Translations under genes and position numbers: made by a program | Assembly: GCA_000092065.1 (NCBI GenBank) | Contig: CP000584.1 | Source: Ostreococcus lucimarinus | Taxonomy: Eukaryota | Strand: one strand, 5' to 3' | Length of the DNA stretch: 64,000 nt | Notes under the pieces: generated by a model | The model's database searches: none | What the model was told of the DNA's origin: nothing | What the model saw: the letters and a program-made list of their open reading frames with translations, nothing else | Shown here: piece by piece, positions 48,425 through 57,497 of the stretch | Layout: the number at the start of each line of letters is the position of its first letter | How positions within the stretch are numbered: the stretch's first letter is position 1

Positions 48425-50392
48425 ATGGACGGTCGGCGTCTCGCGCCGGCGGACGCGCGCGAGGCGCGCGAGACGGCGGACGCGCGCGAGACGGCGTGGA
48501 AGGTGGACGTGCGCGCGCTCGAGCGAGAGGCGCGTCGACGGCGCGCGACGGACGCGCGCGGAGGCGCGGACGCGGACGACGCGGACGCGGGCGACGACGG
48601 TGGGAAGGCGGGACGCGCGACGCCGTTGGCGGTGGTGTGTCAGGACGTGCGGTACGAGGTGAGGGATCGTAAGACGGGCGCGACGACGCGGTTGCTGGAC
48701 GACGTCAGCGCGGTGTTTCCTCCGGGGGGGGCGTCGGCGCTCATGGGTCCGTCGGGGGCGGGGAAGACGACGCTGCTGGACGTCATGAGCGGGAGGAAGA
48801 CGCAGGGACGCTTGCGCGGGCGCGTCGTCGTCGGTGCCGAGCCGGCGACGAAGGCGGCGTTGAAGACGTGCGCGGCGTACGTCGAGCAGTTTGATTGCTT
48901 GCTCGCGTCGTTGACGGTGCGAGAAACGTTGATGTATCAAGCCGAGTTAAAGCGAGGCGCGGAAGGTTTCGACGCCAAGGCGCGCGAGGAGCAAGTGAAT
49001 CGATTGATCGAAGACTTGCAGTTGGAAAAGTGCGCCGACGTCGTCGTCGGCAGCGCTTTGTCGCGAGGGATTTCCGGCGGGCAAGCAAAGCGCACGAACA
49101 TCGGCATAAGTTTGGTCACTCGTCCTCGTATTTTGTTCTTGGACGAGCCCACGAGCGGATTGGATTCGAAAACTTCGTACGATTTGATGCGAGTCATTCG
49201 AAAATTTTGCGACACCGCCGGAGTCACGGTCATCGCCACCATTCACTCGCCGAGCTCGGAGGCGTTTCGTCAATTCGATCGTCTGTTGATGCTGAAGAAT
49301 GGCAAAGTCACCTACGCGGGTCCATTATTCGGCGAAGAGGGCGCAGAGACGTACTTTTATTCGCTCGGGTTTTACTTTGATCCGAACGATAACTTTGCGG
49401 ATTTCTTAATCGCCACCGCGGGCGACGATTCGACGGATTTTGCCAGAGAGTTTACGGCGAGTTTTCATCACAAGCGTAATCGCGACGAAGTGCGCAAGTA
49501 CGTGCGAGAAGTGGTGAATCGGCGGGAAGCAGGCGACACGCGATCTCTGCTGCTCGCAAACGCCCCAAAACCTGTCGGTTTTGCGAGCGCCGTGCGCACG
49601 CTGTTAAAGTACCGCACGTCTCGAAATTACCGCGACGCGCAATTCGTCGGCGCGCGCTGCGCCGGGCACCTCATATTCGCCGCCGTCATGGCGACCATGT
49701 ACGCGGGCCAAGGAAAGGTCATGTCACTCGACGCCCAAATCAACGTCTCTAACATGCTGTTTATGAACAACGTCCTCCCCGCGTTCGCTGCGAGTGGATA
49801 CTTGCCTTCAATCTTGATGGAACGCCCACTTCTGTACCGCGAGCTCGACGACGGATGTTACCCACTCTTGGCGTACATCGCGTACAAAATCATCGAAGAA
49901 GCACTCGTGGCGCTCATTGTCTCACTCGTTGCGACTGCGATCTTATACAACGCCGCAGGTCTGCGAGGCAACTTCTTCGTCGATTGGCTCGCGTACTTTG
50001 GCATGCAACAATGCGGCGGCGCCGTCGCCTACCTCTGCGCCGCCGTCGCCCGCGACGTCGACGCCGCCAACGCCATCTTACCCGTGTACAACGTCCTTCA
50101 GGTCCTTTTCGCCGGTGTTTTACTCAACATCAACGACGTCCCGCGCGCTTGGACCTGGTGGCCACCGACGTTATTCGTTCGATACGGCTGGAAGGCGCAA
50201 ATGCTCAACCACTTCGCTCGCGTCGAGCCTCCCGTCTTTCTCGCCGACGACGGCTCCCTCGTCGGCGTCACCTCGTATTACGACGTCACCGGCACGACGT
50301 CGTCTAATCTCGGTTTCGTGTACTTGCTCTGGGCGTGTTGGCTCGTCGTCGCCGCCGTCTGCACCGCGAGCGTGCGCCACCAAAATCGTTAG
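48425..50392 (+). CDS. ABC transporter, G subfamily half-transporter (NBD-TMD, white/brown-complex type)
   Basis: Walker A is LMGPSGAGKTTLLDVMSG, the signature is ISGGQAKRTNIG and Walker B is ILFLDEPTSGLD. An H-loop (ATIHSPS) and a C-terminal ABC-2 type membrane domain follow. Confidence 0.9.
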   Translation: MDGRRLAPADAREARETADARETAWKVDVRALEREARRRRATDARGGADADDADAGDDGGKAGRATPLAVVCQDVRYEVRDRKTGATTRLLDDVSAVFPPGGASALMGPSGAGKTTLLDVMSGRKTQGRLRGRVVVGAEPATKAALKTCAAYVEQFDCLLASLTVRETLMYQAELKRGAEGFDAKAREEQVNRLIEDLQLEKCADVVVGSALSRGISGGQAKRTNIGISLVTRPRILFLDEPTSGLDSKTSYDLMRVIRKFCDTAGVTVIATIHSPSSEAFRQFDRLLMLKNGKVTYAGPLFGEEGAETYFYSLGFYFDPNDNFADFLIATAGDDSTDFAREFTASFHHKRNRDEVRKYVREVVNRREAGDTRSLLLANAPKPVGFASAVRTLLKYRTSRNYRDAQFVGARCAGHLIFAAVMATMYAGQGKVMSLDAQINVSNMLFMNNVLPAFAASGYLPSILMERPLLYRELDDGCYPLLAYIAYKIIEEALVALIVSLVATAILYNAAGLRGNFFVDWLAYFGMQQCGGAVAYLCAAVARDVDAANAILPVYNVLQVLFAGVLLNINDVPRAWTWWPPTLFVRYGWKAQMLNHFARVEPPVFLADDGSLVGVTSYYDVTGTTSSNLGFVYLLWACWLVVAAVCTASVRHQNR

Positions 50393-50398
50393 CGCCAA

Positions 50399-52369
50399 AT
50401 GCAAAGCCAAGTTGTCCCCAGTCCTCACCTCGCGAACATGCGATCGCGCGCGTCGCCGTCGTCGCGCGTCGCCGCACCGCGCGCGTCGGCGAAGCGCCAC
50501 CGCGACGTTCGACGCACCGACGCGCGCGCGTCGCGCGCGTCGGCGCCGGCGCCGCGCGACGACGATGAAGACGTCGACGCGTCGACGTTCGATGCGTCGA
50601 CGTTCGACGCGTCGCGTCGCGCGCTGCTCGCGCTCGCCGCGTCGACGACGACGGTGATGGTCGGTGCGGACGTCGCGCGCGCGTCGCCCGTGCGGGCGTC
50701 GATGCGGATGGCGGATCGAGGGCCGGTGGCGCGCGCGGCGCCGCGACCGCCGTGCGGGCCGGGATACGCGACGCTGCGCGACGCGGGAACGTATCGAGGA
50801 TTGGCCACGGTCGATCGCGAGGGACGCGGTCTGCGAGGGTTGTTGCCACCGAACGTCGTCGAGGACGACGTGGAGGTGCGCCGGGCGAGGGAAGCGCTCG
50901 GGCAGTGCGACGGCGCGTTCGAGTCGTACAAGCAGTTGGTGGCGCTGCAGACGACGGACGAGCGGACTTTTTATAAATTGTTGCGATCGGACACCGAGCG
51001 GTTGCTGCCGCTGTTGTACACGCCCACGGTCGGCGAGGCGTGTCTGAGATTCGGGACGCTGATACAACGACCGATGGGGGTGTGGGTAAGCTCGGACGAC
51101 GCGGGGAACGTGCGGGAATTGATGCGCAATTGGCCGCGCGACGACGTGAAAATCGCCGTGATCACGGATGGGGAGAGAATTTTAGGGCTCGGAGATCAAG
51201 GAGCGAACGGGATGGGAATTAGCGCGGGAAAGAGCATGGTGTACGCCGCATGTGGAGTGCCGCCGAGTGCGCTGTTGCCGATTCAGATTGACACCGGTAC
51301 AAACAACAAGACGTTGCTCGACGATCCGTTGTACATCGGGCTCAAACGCGAGCGCGACCGCTCCCAGGCCTACGACGCGCTCTTGGATGAAGTCGTCGTT
51401 TCGATTCGCGAGCGATTCGGTCCGAACACGATCATACACTGGGAAGACTTCGCGCCGAGGAACGCGTTCAGGGTATTGAAAAAGTATTACTCCGCGCCCG
51501 ATGTCGTGACGTACAATGACGACATCCAAGGCACCGCAGCGGTTACGGTGAGCGGGATATTGGCGTCGGTGCGAGCGCTAGAGAGAGGTGGTGACGTCAC
51601 TCAGCAGCGCGTATTGTTCTTTGGCGCTGGACAGGCGAATATCGGCGCCGCTGAACTCTTCGTCCTCGCGTTGACGAAGCGCGGCGTCGCGGAAGCCGAC
51701 GCTAGGAAACGGGTGTGGCTGTTTGATTCAAAAGGCCTCGTCGTGCGCTCGCGCGCGTCGCAGCTGAGTGATGACAAATTGCCTTTTGCACAAGACGCGA
51801 GGGAGGAAACTGACCTCGCATCAGCGATCGAAAGCATCAAGCCGACGGTGTTGGTCGGCGCCGCCGCGGTGCCCGGGGCGTTTACTCAAAAAGTCGTCAA
51901 GTCGATGAGCAAACTCAACGACCAACCGATCATTTTCGCGCTCTCCAACCCGACGTCCAAGGCTGAGTGCACCGCCGAGCAGGCGTACGCGTGGAGCAAC
52001 GGCCGAGCGATATTCGCGAGCGGCACCCGATTTCCGCCGGTGCGATTCTCGGCTGAAAAGACGTTCGCCCCCGGATTCGCCAACAACGCCTTCATCTTCC
52101 CACCCATCGCCCTCGCCACCATCGTCAGCGGCGCGAAACAAGTCACTCCAGACATGTTTCTCACCGCCGCCGAAGCCTTGGCCGAATCCGTCGACGCCAA
52201 CCTCTTCGCCGTCGGCGCCGTCTACCCGCCCGTCGATCGCATCGCCTCCTCCGCCGTCGCCGTCGCCGCGCGCGTCGCTCGCGCCGTCGACCCATCCATC
52301 GATCTCGACACCTGGCGCGCCCGCGTCCAGGACTACATCGCATCCAACGATTTATTCGATAGCCTGTAA
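50399..52369 (+). CDS. NAD(P)-dependent malic enzyme with ~110-aa N-terminal extension
   Basis: Malic enzyme core: LLYTPTVGEACLRFG, AVITDGERILGLGDQGANGMGISAGK and the NAD(P)-binding FFGAGQANIGAAEL. ATG at 50399, with alternatives at 50438 (MRSRAS) and about 50704 (MRMADRG). The gene starts 6 nt after the ABCG stop. Confidence 0.9.
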   Translation: MQSQVVPSPHLANMRSRASPSSRVAAPRASAKRHRDVRRTDARASRASAPAPRDDDEDVDASTFDASTFDASRRALLALAASTTTVMVGADVARASPVRASMRMADRGPVARAAPRPPCGPGYATLRDAGTYRGLATVDREGRGLRGLLPPNVVEDDVEVRRAREALGQCDGAFESYKQLVALQTTDERTFYKLLRSDTERLLPLLYTPTVGEACLRFGTLIQRPMGVWVSSDDAGNVRELMRNWPRDDVKIAVITDGERILGLGDQGANGMGISAGKSMVYAACGVPPSALLPIQIDTGTNNKTLLDDPLYIGLKRERDRSQAYDALLDEVVVSIRERFGPNTIIHWEDFAPRNAFRVLKKYYSAPDVVTYNDDIQGTAAVTVSGILASVRALERGGDVTQQRVLFFGAGQANIGAAELFVLALTKRGVAEADARKRVWLFDSKGLVVRSRASQLSDDKLPFAQDAREETDLASAIESIKPTVLVGAAAVPGAFTQKVVKSMSKLNDQPIIFALSNPTSKAECTAEQAYAWSNGRAIFASGTRFPPVRFSAEKTFAPGFANNAFIFPPIALATIVSGAKQVTPDMFLTAAEALAESVDANLFAVGAVYPPVDRIASSAVAVAARVARAVDPSIDLDTWRARVQDYIASNDLFDSL

Positions 52370-52522
52370 TCGTGCTTTCGCGCTCGCGTTCTCCCCTCGC
52401 CCTTCGTCGACGCGCGTCCCGTCCCGCTCGCGGGTTATCCACTCACTCCGGTCGCCATCGACGTCGCGTCCAAGCCGCGTCGCGCCGCACTTCACCGCGC
52501 GTTCGCGACCGGCGCGGCGACG

Positions 52523-52545
52523 ATGCGCGCGGGACCGCGCGCGAC

Positions 52546-52584
<39 letters not shown>

Positions 52585-54169
52585 GCGGCGTCGGCGCGCG
52601 CGCGTCGACGCGACGCCGAGCCCGCGCGGCGACGTCGACGCGAGCTCGAGCGCGCGCGAGCGCGCGACGGCGCGCGACGACGGCGTCGTGCGCACGCGCG
52701 TCGTGCGCGAGCGAGGGAGCGAGACGCCGAGAGAGGCGCGCGCGAGCGCGAGCGCGGAGGGGAGGAGGACGACGAATCGCGAGGCGCCGCGCGGCGCGAC
52801 GGGCGGCGGCGCGCGAGCGCGACGACGACGCGCGACGACGACGAAGGAGACGCGCGATGGCGTCGTCGACGCGACGATGACGACAGAAGGCGCGCCAGGG
52901 AGCGAACGCGGCGCTGGAGGGAGGGATCGACAGACGAAGAAGGAACGCGCGAGGACGCGCTGGGCGGACGCGCGGTCGCGAGCGAGAGGGACGTCGATGG
53001 GTCAAGATGAACGTATGAGCGTCGAGGACGAGCGAAATCTCGGGCGGGCGATACAGGCGTTGTTGCGAATCGAGCGCGAGGCGGAGATTTTGCGAGATGA
53101 GGCGGCGGCGACGAGGATTCAAGCGACGGAGGCGCTGGGCGCGGTCGAGGCGTTGGCGCTGCGAGAGAAAGCGGCCAAGCAGTCCAAGCGTCTGTTCGAA
53201 GACACGCTCGCGTTGCGATTAGAGTACGACAGCCCGGCGGCGATGAGAGCTGCGGAGCGCGAGGGGAAGATGGCGCGGAAGAGGCTCGTGACGGCGAACA
53301 TGGCCTTTGCAGCGAGCATCGCGCGAAAGCTGTACGATAGAATTCCCGCCATGGAAAAGGCGGGGATGAGTAGGCAAGACATGGTTCACGAGGGCGCCAC
53401 CGGTCTCGTTCGCGCGAGTGAGCTATTCGATCCTTCAAAAGGATTCAGATTCACGACGTACGCTCACGCATGGGTTCGTCAGGCCATCGTACGCGGCGTG
53501 CACGCCAACGGCAGAACGATTCGCGTCCCTTCGCACGCTCACGTTCTCAAGAAGGCGGCTTACGAAAAGCAGCTCGAGATGCAAAGCGAACTCGGTCGCA
53601 GCGCGACGAAAGAAGAAATTGCCGACTCTTCGTCGCGCTTCACCGTGGAGATGCTGGAGAAGTTCAAGGATTTGAGCATGGATCCTCTCAGCCTGGACGC
53701 GAACGCCTCGCAGGAAACGGACGAACTCGATCTCGCAAGCCCCGACGACGCCGCCGAACTCGGTCCATCCGATGCCGTGGCGCGGGAGATTGAGAGGGAT
53801 TTCCTTCGAAACGAGATCAGAGCGAGTTTGGACCGACTACCCGCGCCGCAAGCGTACGTCCTCCGACGCCGTTTCGGTCTCATCGGCGACGGTCCGATGA
53901 CGCTCGCCGAAATCGGCGCCGCGCTCAACAAGACCGGTGAAGGTGTCCGCTACCTCGAGAAGAAAGCGCTCGAAAACCTCAAACGACAAGATGGTATCAC
54001 TGTCGATGGCGTCACCGTCTCGCTCGCACAGCATTTGGATACGTCCAACGACGCGAGGGCGTCGATGGCGACGGCGCCCGCGAAACCAAAACGCAGACGC
54101 GCCAAGACCAAGACCACGACGATCGCGCCGTCCGCGCTCGATCTCGTGCGCTCGATCGATTTAGCATAG
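52523..54169 (+). CDS. Sigma-70 family RNA polymerase sigma factor (nuclear-encoded plastid sigma factor)
   Basis: Region 2 is LVTANMAFAASIARKLY...MSRQDMVHEGATGLVRASELFDPSKGFRFTTYAHAWVRQAIVRGV. Region 3 and region 4 (PMTLAEIGAALNKTGEGVRYLEKKALENLK) are present. The Arg-rich N-terminal extension is plausibly a transit peptide. Confidence 0.85.
52548..52582 (+). repeat. Coding hexanucleotide microsatellite (CGTCGG x5 plus partial), encoding (GV)5
   Basis: cgtcgg is repeated at 52548-52577, then cgtcgc. It translates as VGVGVGVGVGV in the sigma factor N-terminus. Confidence 0.9.
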
Positions 54170-54314
54170 CATAGATGGTCTCGCTCGGAGCGCTTCGAGC
54201 TGAGACGCGCAACACATAGTCCATTTTTTTAACGCATTCTTCGCAGAGCCGCGCGCGCTCGCAAAACAACCGACGAGTGGATAACAACCTCCTCATTCCC
54301 ACACACGCGTTCCC

Positions 54315-54866
54315 ATGCGCGTCCTCGCCGTCGCGCCCGCGGTCGGGCCCGCGCGCGCGACGAAGGCGTCCGCGCCGACGCGCCGCGCCGCGCTCGCGAT
54401 GTTCCTCGCCCCCTCGCTCACCGTCGTCGCTCGAAACGACGCCGCGATGGCGAAGACTGATTACGAAACCGACGCCAAAGCCGTGCTCGACGCGCAGCGC
54501 AAGCTTCTGCGCGACGGCAAGGGCGACGCGTACGCGACGTACCGCAAAGCCGCGGACGAGTTTTTCGCGACGTACAAGTTTGATCACAAAGGACACACGA
54601 ATTCGTTTTCGCAGACGACGAACCTGGACGTCATCGTCGAGACGCAGCGCGAATATTTAGACGCGAAGGGATTGAAGTGGGATAAAACGCAAGTACCACC
54701 GTCGAGCAGTAACAAAGGAGCGATGCTCGATGCGTATCTGGCGAACGGAGAGCGATGCTTGGTGAAGGAGGCGTACCCGCCTTTTGGCGAGATTCGCAAA
54801 GACGAGTCGATGCTCGCTGAATGGAAGGCGATCGAGTGCACGCAAGGTTTGGTGAAGCCGAAGTAG
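54315..54866 (+). CDS. Predicted thylakoid-lumen-type protein with bipartite presequence carrying a twin-arginine motif (function unknown)
   Basis: MRVLAVAPAVGPARATKASAPTRRAALAMFLAPSLTVVARNDAAMA|KTDY has an S/T/A-rich start, then an RR motif, a hydrophobic core and an A-x-A site. The mature part is about 135 aa, helical and Lys/Asp-rich. No family was recognised by eye. Confidence 0.6.
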   Translation: MRVLAVAPAVGPARATKASAPTRRAALAMFLAPSLTVVARNDAAMAKTDYETDAKAVLDAQRKLLRDGKGDAYATYRKAADEFFATYKFDHKGHTNSFSQTTNLDVIVETQREYLDAKGLKWDKTQVPPSSSNKGAMLDAYLANGERCLVKEAYPPFGEIRKDESMLAEWKAIECTQGLVKPK

Positions 54867-54919
54867 GAAAAAGACACATGTTTGTTATCGTACATAGTTT
54901 GTGTCGATCTATATCATCG

Positions 54920-55876
54920 TCACACGTGACGCTTGTCACCCTTGCTCGCCGCGGACTTTTTCGCGTTCTCCGCGTTGTACACCGGGAGGCGGATGTCGTA
55001 CGTGTCCGCCGCCACGCGAAGACCGATACCTGCGCTTACGCCCGCGATGATCCGCAAAGACGGCGGCGCACCGGCTTGACGCGCGATGATGTACGCCAAC
55101 GCCCCGGTGGCGGCGGTCGTGGCGTAGATATCGGCGTACGAGTGAAAGATTCTCGTTGGCCGTTGAACTAAAATATCGCGCACGATGCCCCCAAACGTAG
55201 CCGTCATAATTCCGCACAACACCTGCGCAATCATAGGTACGCCCGCGCGTATGCCATTTTGCGTGCCGATGACGCAAAAAGCCCCGACTCCCAACGCATC
55301 GCTCGCCTCGATCCAATAATCATCATCGGTAAATCCAAACTGTTTCTTCGCGCTCTCCCAGCCGCAAAACGTCGCCAACGCCGTGCCCGCCGCGATCCAC
55401 AAGTACTCCTGCTCCTCCATCCAAAACGCCCGCCGTCCTTGACCGAGCAAAATATCTCTCACCGTACCCCCGCCCACCGCGGTGATGGTGCCGACCGCGG
55501 TGCATCCGAACGCGTCCATCCCGCTCGCCGCCGCGAGCAGGCTCCCCGTCATCGCGAACGAGCTCGTGCCAAAGTAATCCGCCAACCGTAGCGCGCCTGG
55601 GACGGTGAAGTTCGGATAGCGAGGCATACCGTCTGGATGTACCGTAGGGGCGCCCACCTGCGCATCCGCGGCGAACGAGCGCGCGTGCGCGCGCGTCCGC
55701 GGTCGTGTGTTCGCGAGCGATGACTTCACGCGTCCCGACGCGTCGAAAGATTTGCACGCGCCCGTGTTGAGCGACGCGCGCGCCGTGGACACCGCCGACG
55801 CGGAAGCAGATGACGCGAACGATGCGCGAGCGAATCCCGCGGACGCGAGGTCAGCGAGACGCTTGCGAGTGGACAT
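54920..55876 (-). CDS. UPF0126 / YadS-type (glycine-transporter, TRIC-like) membrane protein with N-terminal presequence
   Basis: The UPF0126 half-domains are duplicated, each with a GGG..RD motif (TAVGGGTVRDILLG and TATFGGIVRDILVQ). There are seven hydrophobic spans. ATG at 55876. Confidence 0.8.
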   Translation of the reverse strand: MSTRKRLADLASAGFARASFASSASASAVSTARASLNTGACKSFDASGRVKSSLANTRPRTRAHARSFAADAQVGAPTVHPDGMPRYPNFTVPGALRLADYFGTSSFAMTGSLLAAASGMDAFGCTAVGTITAVGGGTVRDILLGQGRRAFWMEEQEYLWIAAGTALATFCGWESAKKQFGFTDDDYWIEASDALGVGAFCVIGTQNGIRAGVPMIAQVLCGIMTATFGGIVRDILVQRPTRIFHSYADIYATTAATGALAYIIARQAGAPPSLRIIAGVSAGIGLRVAADTYDIRLPVYNAENAKKSAASKGDKRHV

Positions 55877-56047
55877 GACGAGCGGCGCTGTGCGGGCGGG
55901 ACGGGGCCAGCGCGAACGAACGACGCGAACGCGATCGGATTCGACAAGGCAAGATGCGCGCTATGGCGGTGATTAAATCAATTCTAGCGAAATAAATGTC
56001 AACGGTCGTGCGCACGCAGCGGCGAGAATCGAGCCTCGCGATTCAAT

Positions 56048-56077
56048 AGGCGTGAAACGTTATTACGTTTCACGCCT
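56048..56077. other. Perfect 12-bp inverted repeat (hairpin) spanning the FKBP stop codon
   Basis: The sequence is aggcgtgaaacg-ttatta-cgtttcacgcct. The arms (56048-56059 and 56066-56077) are exact reverse complements. The minus-strand TGA stop (56072-56070) lies in the right arm. Confidence 0.8.
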
Positions 56078-56777
56078 CGTCCACGTTGACGCCGAGCAAG
56101 GTCACCTTGAAGAACACGTCCGCTCCCGCGAAGGGGTGATTGGCGTCCAAAACAACTTTCTCGGCGTCCATCGCGCGCACCACCGCGGGTTGCCCGTTGA
56201 CGAGAGTCACCGTCAATCCTTCGACCAAACCTCCCTTATCCGACCACTCGGCGCGCAAGCGCGCGATTTCCTCGTGATTCGCCGGCACGCTAAATAACAA
56301 GTTCGGATCGTAATCACCCCCGCTCGCGCTCACCACCGCACTATTTCCAACGTTCAGCTTCCGCACCGCCTCATCGAACGCCTTAAACAGCGGATTTCCC
56401 ATGACGTCGCTCGCGCCGACCTCAAACGTCACCGCCTCCGTCGCCGCCGCGTCTTGCAAAACCTCCCCTTCCCCAGTCTCCACGCCGAACTGAATCTTCA
56501 CGATGTCACCGGTCACGGGAAACCCTTCGCTCGCGTCCGCGCGCGCGTCTTCGTGCACGCTCATGCGCGTGGCGAAGCCCTTTTGACCTTTTCGCACGTC
56601 TTGGAGAATGGTGCCGATGAAATCGACGTCAGGCATCTCAAACGTCTCGTCCTCCGCGCTCGCGCGACGCCGCGCCGCGCGCCCGCGCGCCGACGCCGCG
56701 CGCATCGAGCGCTTCCCCGTCGTCGTCGCGCGCGGCGCCCGGACGCGCGCGGCGCTCGACGTCGTCGTCGCGAACAT
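56070..56777 (-). CDS. FKBP-type peptidyl-prolyl isomerase, SlyD-like (with insert-in-flap domain) and transit-peptide-like N-terminus
   Basis: The sequence reads GDIVKIQFGVETGEGEVL...VTFEVGASDVMGNPLFKAFDEAVRKLNVG...VVLDANHPFAGADVFFKVTLLGV (the SlyD hallmark is D.NHPLAG..L.F.V). ATG at 56777 (MFATTTSSAARVRAP). The track extension to 57170 is antisense to GLTP. Confidence 0.8.
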   Translation of the reverse strand: MFATTTSSAARVRAPRATTTGKRSMRAASARGRAARRRASAEDETFEMPDVDFIGTILQDVRKGQKGFATRMSVHEDARADASEGFPVTGDIVKIQFGVETGEGEVLQDAAATEAVTFEVGASDVMGNPLFKAFDEAVRKLNVGNSAVVSASGGDYDPNLLFSVPANHEEIARLRAEWSDKGGLVEGLTVTLVNGQPAVVRAMDAEKVVLDANHPFAGADVFFKVTLLGVNVDEA

Positions 56778-57423
56778 GCCGAGCGTCGAGCAGTGCGGCC
56801 TCGCGCGGCAGAGCGCGCCTCGCGGCGGCATGCCGTCGCGCGTGGCGCGCGTCATCGACGCGCTCGACGCGCTCGACGCCGACGTCGAGTTCACGCGCCC
56901 CGGGGACGTGGACGCCGCGCGGTTTTGCGACGTCATGGATGCCATGCTCGAAGTCATCGCCGCGCTCGGCTTCGCGTTCGAGCTCGCGAAGGCGGACGTA
57001 TCGAAGAACGTGCGACGGATTCGAGACGTGGTTCGGGCGCGCGGCGAGGCGCGGGCGTCGCTGTTCGAGGCGATCGCGCGCGACCGCGAGGCGGGCGGAC
57101 GGGTCTGGGTGCCGGCGCTCTGGTTGCGGCGGTTCGGCGGCTTCGTCGTGGGTTTGCTCGGGGAACTCACGCGAGACGCGAGCTTGGATCTCCGGACGTG
57201 CGGGGCGAGGTCGTACGAGCGCGCGCTGAAGCCGTATCACGGGTTCGCGTTGCGAGGGGTTTTCGCGGCGGCGTTGGCGATGCCGCCGAGCAGAGCGCAG
57301 TTCTGCGCTGTGGCTGGGAGCGAGGAGGAGATGCGCGCGTGTGTGGCGAAGTTTGCGCCCGTCATGGACGCGCTCGACGGATTCTTAACGGCGGAAGGGT
57401 TGAACGACCCGACTCCGGTGTAA
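56776..57423 (+). CDS. Glycolipid transfer protein (GLTP / ACD11-like) domain protein
   Basis: The GLTP fold pattern is FCDVMDAMLEVIAALGFAFELAKADVSKNVRRI, GGRVWVPALWLRRFGGFVVGLLGEL and YERALKPYHGFALRGVFAAALAMPPSRAQF. ATG at 56776, or 56830 (MPSRVARV). Confidence 0.8.
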   Translation: MPSVEQCGLARQSAPRGGMPSRVARVIDALDALDADVEFTRPGDVDAARFCDVMDAMLEVIAALGFAFELAKADVSKNVRRIRDVVRARGEARASLFEAIARDREAGGRVWVPALWLRRFGGFVVGLLGELTRDASLDLRTCGARSYERALKPYHGFALRGVFAAALAMPPSRAQFCAVAGSEEEMRACVAKFAPVMDALDGFLTAEGLNDPTPV

Positions 57424-57497
57424 AATATTTGCGCTCAAAGCGCGTTAGAGTAGAAGTGTATTTGAAGAGCGGAACGTTTGGTTCGATTGCAAGGATT

